A stretch of DNA of 32,887 bases from Deltaproteobacteria bacterium (GTDB lineage Bacteria > Desulfobacterota > GWC2-55-46). A model generated the notes under the pieces. It made no database searches and had not been told where the DNA came from. It worked only from the letters and a program-made list of their open reading frames with translations. Both the position numbers and the translations under genes were made by a program. Shown piece after piece: positions 24,702 through 31,867 of the stretch; within the stretch, counting starts at the first letter, position 1; each line of letters starts with the position of its first letter. The stretch covers positions 1 through 32,887 of the forward strand of contig JACREV010000004.1 of NCBI GenBank assembly GCA_016218095.1, written 5' to 3'.

Positions 24702-25151
24702 ATGGACAAGAAACTTTTCGTAACGATAGCCGCCGCTTTTGCCGCGCTCCTTTCCGTCTCCGGATGCACCGGAGAGAAGAAGGGGGCTCCCCCGGAAAAG
24801 ACCGCCGCGGAGGCCGCGCCGGCCGTACAGGCCGGCTCCGGCGACCCGGCCTCCGGCAAGGACATCTATTTCAGGTACTGCCACTTCTGCCACGGGCAGA
24901 AGGGCATGGGCGACGGCCCCGTGGGCATAGCCCTCTCCCCCCACCCGGCCGACTTCGTGAACGACGAGAAGAGGATGTCGAAGACCGACGCCGAGCTCTT
25001 TAAATCCATAACAGAGGGGATACACAAGGAGGTCGGCGGAGAAGCGATGTCCATGCCGAGGTGGCAGGAGATATTGTCTGAAAAAGAGAGATGGGACGTG
25101 CTCGCGTTCATAAGACAGTTGGAGCGCGAGGGCAAGACCGCCCCGAAATAA
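24702..25151 (+). CDS. Monoheme class-I cytochrome c lipoprotein
   Basis: Lipobox VSGC. Single CHFCH motif in GKDIYFRYCHFCHG, with a distal-Met candidate in AMSMPRW. Confidence 0.85.
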   Translation: MDKKLFVTIAAAFAALLSVSGCTGEKKGAPPEKTAAEAAPAVQAGSGDPASGKDIYFRYCHFCHGQKGMGDGPVGIALSPHPADFVNDEKRMSKTDAELFKSITEGIHKEVGGEAMSMPRWQEILSEKERWDVLAFIRQLEREGKTAPK

Positions 25152-25176
25152 AGCCGGCAAACTCAAAGAGCGAATT

Positions 25177-26163
25177 ATGAAAAAACTTCTTGCTTCAGTC
25201 GCCGTATCCCTCTGCGTCATGGCCTCTTCCGCCTTCGGGGCCGCAAGCGACTACGACCCGGTGACAGGCGAGCCCAAGTGCATGGACTGCCATACGCCCG
25301 ACAGGAGGTACTCTACGGATTACACCAGGGACGAGACCTGTGTAGAGTGCCACGGCCCGGGCTTGAGCGACAAATACGTCGATATAAACAACAGGTTCAG
25401 GGAAAGCGCGGAGCTGGGCGAGATAGGCAAATACACCGAGACCGCCGCGGCTTCCGGCAAGGGCGCGGTGAAGGAGGCCGCCCCCAAGGGGATGATACTC
25501 ATCCCGGCCGGGGAGTTCACCATGGGGTCTAACGAATGGTGGCCCAAGAGCCAGCCCGAGCATTCGAGGATGGTCGAGGCCTTTTATATCGACAAGTTTG
25601 AAGTGACGAATGCGCGCTACAAGGCCTTCGTCGACGCCACGGGCTACCCGGCCCCGGACCACTGGAAGGACGGCAGTATCCCCGAAGGCAAGAAGGACCA
25701 CCCTGTCGTATACGTGACATGGAAGGACGCGGACAACTTCTGCAGATGGGAAGGCAAGCGCCTGCCCGATGAGGCCGAATGGGAGAAGGCCGCCAGAGGC
25801 ACCGACAAGAGGACATTCCCCTGGGGCGACAAGTTCGACAAGGAAAAGGGCAACACACCCCAGTACGGGCATGAGGACACGCTCCCGGTCGGGTCCTTCG
25901 AGAGCGGCAAGAGCCCCTACGGAGTCTACGACATGGCCGGCAACGCCTTCGAGTGGACCGACAGCTGGTTCAAGCCCTACCCCGGAAGCACCCACCCGGA
26001 CGAAAACTACGGGGAGAAGTACAAGGTGCTCAAGGGCGGCTCCTGGTACGACTGCACCACATACAAGTGCGGGATAAGCGCCCCGACATACAACAGGATA
26101 TTCTTCCACCCGACCACGAAGAACAACAACTTCGGGTTCAGGTGCGCGAAGGACAAAAAATAA
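25177..26163 (+). CDS. Diheme c-type module fused to a formylglycine-generating-enzyme (FGE/SUMF1) domain
   Basis: Signal peptide. CMDCH and CVECH in the first ~70 aa. FGE motifs MILIPAGEFTMGS, HPVVYVTWKDADNFCRWEGKRLPDEAEWEKAARG, YDMAGNAFEWT, GGSWY and FGFRCA. C-x4-C pair CTTYKC present. Confidence 0.85.
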   Translation: MKKLLASVAVSLCVMASSAFGAASDYDPVTGEPKCMDCHTPDRRYSTDYTRDETCVECHGPGLSDKYVDINNRFRESAELGEIGKYTETAAASGKGAVKEAAPKGMILIPAGEFTMGSNEWWPKSQPEHSRMVEAFYIDKFEVTNARYKAFVDATGYPAPDHWKDGSIPEGKKDHPVVYVTWKDADNFCRWEGKRLPDEAEWEKAARGTDKRTFPWGDKFDKEKGNTPQYGHEDTLPVGSFESGKSPYGVYDMAGNAFEWTDSWFKPYPGSTHPDENYGEKYKVLKGGSWYDCTTYKCGISAPTYNRIFFHPTTKNNNFGFRCAKDKK

Positions 26164-26177
26164 AAGGCCGCGATGAG

Positions 26178-27746
26178 ATGAAAGGAGAAGGCCCGAACAA
26201 ATACCTCGTCTTCACCGCCTTCGCGTGCGGCTCGATCATAATGGTCGTCGAGCTCATCGGCTCAAGGGTAATAGGCCCGCCTTTCGGCGTGAGCCTCTTC
26301 GTCTGGACCTCTCTCATCACCGTAACGCTCGTCTCCCTCGCCCTCGGCTACTGGCTCGGCGGCAGGCTCTCAGATAGGTTCGGGAGCCACGGCGCCCTCT
26401 TCACGGTAATATTCCTCGCAGGGCTCACCCTCATCGCGGTCCCGGTCATAAAAGGGACGGTCATAGGCCTCTCGCTCTCCCTGGGGCTCCGCGTAGGCTC
26501 GCTCGTAAGCTCGACGGCCCTTTTCGGCCCGCCGCTCTTTTTACTCGGCATGGTAGCCCCGTATACCGTAAAACTCTACATGGGCGACGGGAAGGACGGG
26601 ATCGGGAGGACCGTCGGGTGGCTATACGCGGTATCCACCGCCGGGAGCTTCATCGGGACGGTATTGACCGGCTTCATCCTCATACCCAACCTCGGCGTCA
26701 ACAACATCATCTACCTGTCCTCGGCCTCCCTCATCCTCATCGCGGCGGGCTACTGGCTCTTTTTCAGAAGGAAAGCGTACGCCGTCGCCGTCGCGCTCCT
26801 GCCGTTCGGCCTGCTGCTCTTTCCGAAAGACCTCCCGTCGGTCGTGAGGCCGGACGGCACGAACGTCTCCCTCATCGTGAACGAGGACAGCGCCTACGGG
26901 CAGATCAAGGTGGTGGATTACTCCTACGGCGGCCAGTTGATAAGAGAGTTCCTTCTCGAGAACATGATACAGGGCGGGGTCGACATGAAGACCGGCCTTT
27001 CAGTCTCCAAGTACACCTATTACATAGAAAAACTCGCGCGCGCTTACAAGCCGGACGCAAGGCGCGCCCTCGTGATCGGGCTCGGCAGCGGCATAGTCCC
27101 CAACAGGTTCGAGAGGCTCTACGGCATAAAGACCGACGTCGTCGAGATAAACCCGGCTGTCGTGGACGCCGCATCTAGGTACTTCTCCTACGACAGATCG
27201 CTCCACCCCACGTTCATCGAGGACGGCAGGTACTTCCTCAAGGGGTCTACTGAGCCTTACGAGGTAATAGTCCTCGACGCGTTCTCGGGAGACATCCCGC
27301 CGAGCCATCTCATAAGCCTCGAGGCGTTCGAGCTCGTGAGGGGGAGGCTTTCCAGAGACGGGGTCCTTCTCATAAACTTCATAAGTTCGAACGTGCCGGA
27401 GGACCTCGCGGCCCCGGCGTCGCTCCTGCGGACCCTGAAGGAGGTCTTCCCCCATGTCGACGTGTACACATCCGTTGAGTATTCCGACCCGTCGCCGCGG
27501 GTCGTGAACATGCTCTTCGCGGCGACTATGGAGAGGCGCGCAATCGAGGACTCCTACGACGCAGAGGTGCATCCCGGGTACGAGGAGGACGTAAGGACGC
27601 TCCTTGCGAGGAGGATAGATCTTCCTCCCGGGGAGGCGCTTTTTACCGACGATTTCAATCCCGTGGATTTCCAGGACTACAAGACAAGGGAGCGGTTCCG
27701 TTACAGCATAATCTCTGCTTCGGACCGCGCGATCATCCTGGACTGA
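26178..27746 (+). CDS. Fused polytopic membrane domain / spermidine-synthase-fold (class I methyltransferase-like) protein
   Basis: The N-terminal ~200 aa holds multiple TM helices. The C-terminal part has ALVIGLGSGIVP, VVEINPAVVDAA and YEVIVLDAFSGD..PSHL. Start set at ATG 26178, 14 nt after the upstream stop. Confidence 0.8.
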   Translation: MKGEGPNKYLVFTAFACGSIIMVVELIGSRVIGPPFGVSLFVWTSLITVTLVSLALGYWLGGRLSDRFGSHGALFTVIFLAGLTLIAVPVIKGTVIGLSLSLGLRVGSLVSSTALFGPPLFLLGMVAPYTVKLYMGDGKDGIGRTVGWLYAVSTAGSFIGTVLTGFILIPNLGVNNIIYLSSASLILIAAGYWLFFRRKAYAVAVALLPFGLLLFPKDLPSVVRPDGTNVSLIVNEDSAYGQIKVVDYSYGGQLIREFLLENMIQGGVDMKTGLSVSKYTYYIEKLARAYKPDARRALVIGLGSGIVPNRFERLYGIKTDVVEINPAVVDAASRYFSYDRSLHPTFIEDGRYFLKGSTEPYEVIVLDAFSGDIPPSHLISLEAFELVRGRLSRDGVLLINFISSNVPEDLAAPASLLRTLKEVFPHVDVYTSVEYSDPSPRVVNMLFAATMERRAIEDSYDAEVHPGYEEDVRTLLARRIDLPPGEALFTDDFNPVDFQDYKTRERFRYSIISASDRAIILD

Positions 27747-27752
27747 AAAAGC

Positions 27753-27781
27753 TTGAAAAAGCCGCTTTAGACGGTTAATAT
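27753..27781 (+). promoter_or_regulatory. Internal sigma70-type promoter candidate for the second FGE-like gene
   Basis: TTGAAA (27753-27758), 17-nt spacer, TAATAT (27776-27781). An AAGGAGG Shine-Dalgarno precedes the ATG at 27834. Confidence 0.45.
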
Positions 27782-27833
27782 TTCGCGTTCGGGCCGCTTT
27801 CAGCGTGCCTTGAAACTCCAAGGAGGTTCTTAG

Positions 27834-28622
27834 ATGCGGTCCGTAAAAAGTTCGGGTTATCTGGCCATTACAGCGCTCGCAATCGCGCTTTTCGGATGCA
27901 AACCGGCTCCTGAGGACATGGTAAAGGTCCCCGGAGGCGAGTTCACGATGGGCAGTAACGAAGTCGACAGGGAGGCGAAGGCCATGCAGTACGGCGACAG
28001 GCGCCCCTGGTACGCGAACGAGAGGCCCGAGAGGAAGATGAAGCTCGGCACGTTCCACATCGACAGGACAGAGGTGACGAACAGGCAGTACAAGGAGTTC
28101 GTCGAAGGCGCAAAACACGCCGCGCCCCCGCACTGGGCTCTCGGCTCGTACCCCGAGAGCCTCGCCGACCATCCCGTGGTGTTCGTGACCTGGAAGGACG
28201 CCGATGAGTTCTGCAAGTGGAAGGGCAAGAGGCTCCCCTCGGAAGCGGAGTGGGAGAAGGCCGCCAGGGGCGCGGACGGGAGGATATTCCCATGGGGCAA
28301 CGACTTCGACATAAAGAAGGTCAACACCATAGGCGAGTACGGCGGCACGGTCCCCGTAGGCACGCTCAAGGACGGGGTGAGCCCCTACGGCGCCTACGAC
28401 ATGTCCGGCAACGCCCAGGAGTGGACGTCCGACTGGTACAAGCCTTATCCCGATAACGAGTTCAAGGACCCGGACTACGGGGAGAAGTTCAAGGTGGTGC
28501 GCGGCGGCGGATGGGGAGGCATGGGCCACTACTCGCTCCAGGTATACGTAAGGGCGCCTTTCAGGAACGCCGCGCCTCCGGAAGGCCGTTACGACGACGT
28601 GGGTTTCAGGTGCGTCTGGTAA
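27834..28622 (+). CDS. FGE/SUMF1-domain lipoprotein lacking the catalytic Cys pair
   Basis: Lipobox LFGC. FGE motifs VPGGEFTMGS, HPVVFVTWKDADEFCKWKGKRLPSEAEWEKAARG, YDMSGNAQEWT and VGFRCV. The region equivalent to C-x4-C reads GGMGHYSLQVY. Confidence 0.82.
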   Translation: MRSVKSSGYLAITALAIALFGCKPAPEDMVKVPGGEFTMGSNEVDREAKAMQYGDRRPWYANERPERKMKLGTFHIDRTEVTNRQYKEFVEGAKHAAPPHWALGSYPESLADHPVVFVTWKDADEFCKWKGKRLPSEAEWEKAARGADGRIFPWGNDFDIKKVNTIGEYGGTVPVGTLKDGVSPYGAYDMSGNAQEWTSDWYKPYPDNEFKDPDYGEKFKVVRGGGWGGMGHYSLQVYVRAPFRNAAPPEGRYDDVGFRCVW

Positions 28623-28879
28623 GTCTCCACGTTTAACGGCGCACGGCGCCTTTTTCAGTCCTTACGGACCGCTCGCCTCCGCCAGACCCGGCGGTCCGGC
28701 CAAAAAAATACACCGCAGGCCTGGCCGGACGGGCAAATCCGTATCGAACGGCTGAGACTTGATTTGCCCCCAAAGGCTCCGTTCGAGACTTTGGCCCTGC
28801 GCCGAGCAGTCGGGAAAAAGAACAATTTTTAGAGGTAGCCTTTAAACAAAGCGTCGGGCCGGGAAAGGACCGCTCTGCC

Positions 28880-30901
28880 ATGCTCCGCAACAAACTGGCG
28901 CTCGTAGCCGCAGTAGCCGCAGTAGCCGCGGGCCTCTTTGCGCCTCAAAGGGGCTATGCCGTCGAAGAGGACCCGTACATCTACAAGTCCCTCGTGGGAC
29001 GGGTCTATTTCGAGTTCGAGGAGGCCGCGACCGAGCAGAACGGCATATCGTCGGATTCGGCCCGCTTCCAGCAGACGTACAGCCTGGACTTCAAGGGAAA
29101 CTTCATGTCCAGGAGGCTCCTCATCTACGACGCGGGGGTCGCATTAACCAACAACGACTATTCATCTAATTCAAGCGACGTCGCTACCCGTACAATCGAT
29201 TATTACCTGCGTACGACCATACTCCCCAAGTCCGGCATACCGCTCACCCTCTACGGGCAGAGGACCGAGGACCAGACGAGTTCATCGGACAGGACCAAGA
29301 CGACATACGGGCTCAACTGGTTCTTGAAGCTCCGCACCCTGCCGCAGACCTCGATCTACGCCGAAAGGGTCCTGTCGGAGTCCGACAGCGTCGATACCGA
29401 GACAGGCAATTACAAGGTGGTCCTTAAAAAGGAGATAGGCCCGACCGAGAACGACGCGGTCATGTCGTTCGCCACGAGCGACTCCTCCGACGGCACGAGC
29501 TCGACGGTAACGACGTTTAACGCGAATAACCTCACGAGGATCTCCAAGAGCACCCAGATCTACGCCGGCGCGACCCTCAGCCGGTCCGCCTCTGACGAGT
29601 CGGATTCGAACACCGATACGAGCCTCGAAGGCTTGAGCCTCCTGCTGAACTCCAAGCCGAGCCAGGACTTCAACCAGAACCACAGGTATGTATACTACAG
29701 GAACAAGACCGACGGGGACGAGCAGATAGGGACAAACTACTCAGGCGACATGGGTTACAGGCTGACGCAGAGGACGGACGCGAACCTCGCCGTGAGCCTC
29801 GGCACCTCCGAGAGCAACTCTTCCACGTCCACGTCCGAGACCGAGTCGCTTGGCGTAAGCGGCGGCATGAACTTCAGGGTCACCGACAACCTGATGGCCT
29901 CGGAATCGGTCTCATATTCGGACTTCAAGTCCAACTCAAACGCCTCGGCGGCTTCCACCGCGGACACGACCACGGATACGACCGATACCACCGACACGAC
30001 AGACGGCACCGATACCGCTACCGACACCTCCGACACCTCCGCCACGACAGGCGACAGGACGACGCTCAGGGCGACCTCCAGGCTCAGCTACTCGAAGATA
30101 TTCTCCCGGGCCGTGCTCGGCGCGGGATGGTCGATCGGCTACATAGAGGACAAGGCCGAGGGGTTCAGGACCGGACAGGGCCTGGAACACAGCGTCAACG
30201 CCTCGCTCGGCAACATAGACGTAAACCGGCACGTGGGTTTCGGCGTCGGCTTCTCGCAATCCGACACATACACGCTCGCGGGAGAGGACATATTCAGCCA
30301 CTCGAAGAACTACAACGCCAACGCCTTCAACAAGACATTGAAGCAGTACGTCCAAATGAACGCAATGTACAACAAGTCGGTCTACGACTCCTATATCGAC
30401 GTGACCGGCACCAGGAGCGAGACATACAGGCTCGACGCCACTTCCGCCTACTTCAAAAACTTCACCCTCCAGGGTTTCGCGGAGCACTCGAGCACCTTCA
30501 GCGGGGTGAGCGGATTCGGCCAGACCGACACAGTCGGGGCCTCCGTCGGGCATAACAGGCCGTTGTTCAAGGGCTCTCTGAACCTCTCGCTCTACTACGC
30601 CCTCATCGACTCCGAATACGAGGGCGGCTCGGACACTATAAGAGACCTGCAGTTCCTCACGCAGTACACTAAAAAATTCTATAACAACCTCAACTGGCAG
30701 GCTACCTTCCGCGTCACCCAGAAGAAGAGCTCGGAATCCGACAAGGACGAGACATCGTTCACCAACTCCCTCACTTATCCCCTGCGGGCCTGGCTCTTAG
30801 GGCTCGAGCAGATGAACTCGTACACGGTCGAGGACACTACCGAGACGAAGGAGGCCTCGATACTCTTCAGGGCCACGAGGGTATTCGTGAGGATATGGTA
30901 A
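28880..30901 (+). CDS. Large predicted outer-membrane beta-barrel protein with an internal Thr/Asp-rich tract
   Basis: Signal peptide. 673 aa, no Cys, S/T/N/Y/D-rich with many alternating amphipathic segments. Ends ...RVFVRIW (C-terminal aromatic residue). Confidence 0.65.
   Translation: MLRNKLALVAAVAAVAAGLFAPQRGYAVEEDPYIYKSLVGRVYFEFEEAATEQNGISSDSARFQQTYSLDFKGNFMSRRLLIYDAGVALTNNDYSSNSSDVATRTIDYYLRTTILPKSGIPLTLYGQRTEDQTSSSDRTKTTYGLNWFLKLRTLPQTSIYAERVLSESDSVDTETGNYKVVLKKEIGPTENDAVMSFATSDSSDGTSSTVTTFNANNLTRISKSTQIYAGATLSRSASDESDSNTDTSLEGLSLLLNSKPSQDFNQNHRYVYYRNKTDGDEQIGTNYSGDMGYRLTQRTDANLAVSLGTSESNSSTSTSETESLGVSGGMNFRVTDNLMASESVSYSDFKSNSNASAASTADTTTDTTDTTDTTDGTDTATDTSDTSATTGDRTTLRATSRLSYSKIFSRAVLGAGWSIGYIEDKAEGFRTGQGLEHSVNASLGNIDVNRHVGFGVGFSQSDTYTLAGEDIFSHSKNYNANAFNKTLKQYVQMNAMYNKSVYDSYIDVTGTRSETYRLDATSAYFKNFTLQGFAEHSSTFSGVSGFGQTDTVGASVGHNRPLFKGSLNLSLYYALIDSEYEGGSDTIRDLQFLTQYTKKFYNNLNWQATFRVTQKKSSESDKDETSFTNSLTYPLRAWLLGLEQMNSYTVEDTTETKEASILFRATRVFVRIW
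29957..30056 (+). repeat. Imperfect ACN-GAY hexanucleotide repeat encoding TADTTTDTTDTTDTTDGTDTATDTSDTSATTGD
   Basis: Direct reading of the sequence. It is a low-complexity insert inside the barrel ORF. Confidence 0.8.
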
Positions 30902-31725
30902 TGACCTCGGGCGCCTCCGGGAACATCCCGACCGATACCTCACCCCTCCCCTCGATCGCCCTTGCGGCGGTCGTCATCGCGCTCGCCTTTATCTCGTTCA
31001 ACAGGAACTCGGTCTGGAAGAGCCCGGAGACCCTCTGGGCGGATGTCGTGGCCAAATCCCCGTCAAAGGCGCGCCCCCATTACAACTACGCGACGGTGCT
31101 TGCCGGAAACGGAGACCTCGACCGCGCGCTCGAGGAGAACTTGAAGGCCATCGAGATATACCCGTATTACGGGAAGGCGTACTTCAACATAGGGGCGATC
31201 TTCCACACATGGGGGAGGGTCGACGAGGCGATAGAGAAGTACGAGATCGCCGTGGCATTGAAACCCGACATAGTAGAAGCGCACAACAACCTCGGGTACG
31301 CCTATTACACAAAGGGCGGATACCAGGAGGCCTTGAGGGAATACAGGACCGCCCTCGGCATGAAACCCTCTCACGTGAAGGCTCGCATAAACCTCGGGTA
31401 TCTTTACAGGGACACAGGCATGCTGGACGAGGCGATCGATGAGTACAGGACGGCGTTAAAGTACATGCCCGATTACGCCGACGCCTACAGGCTCATCGGC
31501 GAGGCCTATCTGCTCAAGAAGGACCCGGCCTCCGCGATAGAGAGCCTGAAAAGGGCGATAGAGCTCGCCCCTTACTCCGCGGAGGCCCACAACGGGCTCG
31601 GCAAGGCGTTCGAGATCTCCGGAGAGCCAAGGCTCGCCTGGGCTGAATATGAAAAAGCCCTCAGCCTGAACCCCGGCCTTCTCGATGCGGGAGAGGGCCT
31701 CCGTCGTCTTGACGGCGCACTTTAG
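30895..31725 (+). CDS. Single-pass membrane-anchored TPR-repeat protein
   Basis: One N-terminal TM (LPSIALAAVVIALAFISF), then about six TPR units (..A..NLGYAY...G.Y.EA...Y..AL...P). Its start overlaps the barrel gene's end (ATG 30895 or in-frame ATG 30901). Confidence 0.85.
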   Translation: MVMTSGASGNIPTDTSPLPSIALAAVVIALAFISFNRNSVWKSPETLWADVVAKSPSKARPHYNYATVLAGNGDLDRALEENLKAIEIYPYYGKAYFNIGAIFHTWGRVDEAIEKYEIAVALKPDIVEAHNNLGYAYYTKGGYQEALREYRTALGMKPSHVKARINLGYLYRDTGMLDEAIDEYRTALKYMPDYADAYRLIGEAYLLKKDPASAIESLKRAIELAPYSAEAHNGLGKAFEISGEPRLAWAEYEKALSLNPGLLDAGEGLRRLDGAL

Positions 31726-31867
31726 GGCCGCTGGAAAATTCCAAATCTCTCAAGGAAGGCCGAAAGCCGGGACGTACACGGTTGGAACAGGTAAGAGGTG
31801 AATCGGCGTACTTCGCCTGCACGCCGGTGAATATAGAAGCGGACAAAACAGACGGGCTCTTTAAGCC

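Noticed and set aside
24474-26109. Minus-strand ORFs at 24474-25220 (248 aa) and 25195-26109 (304 aa), and the similar ORF at 29936-30553
   Set aside because: They are antisense to well-supported + strand genes (cytochrome c, heme-FGE, barrel) and have biased shadow-frame composition.
25953-26177. N-terminal extensions offered by the ORF track (25953 for the SpeE-fold gene; also 4364 for menA, 8636 for cstA and 15625 for the PRTase)
   Set aside because: The extensions overlap upstream genes or repeats, have non-protein-like composition, and internal ATGs give canonical N-termini.
27000-28529. 509-aa ORF on the minus strand
   Set aside because: It is antisense to two + strand genes with unambiguous domain motifs (SpeE-fold and FGE). 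Its translation is Arg/Gly/Pro/Val/Leu-rich low complexity, as expected for the reverse frame of GC3-rich genes.
25177-28622. Interpreting the two FGE-domain genes as sulfatase-maturation enzymes
   Set aside because: The window has no sulfatase gene and no CxPxR substrate motif in neighbouring proteins. One copy lacks the Cys pair and the other is fused to hemes. The annotation is therefore kept at fold level.
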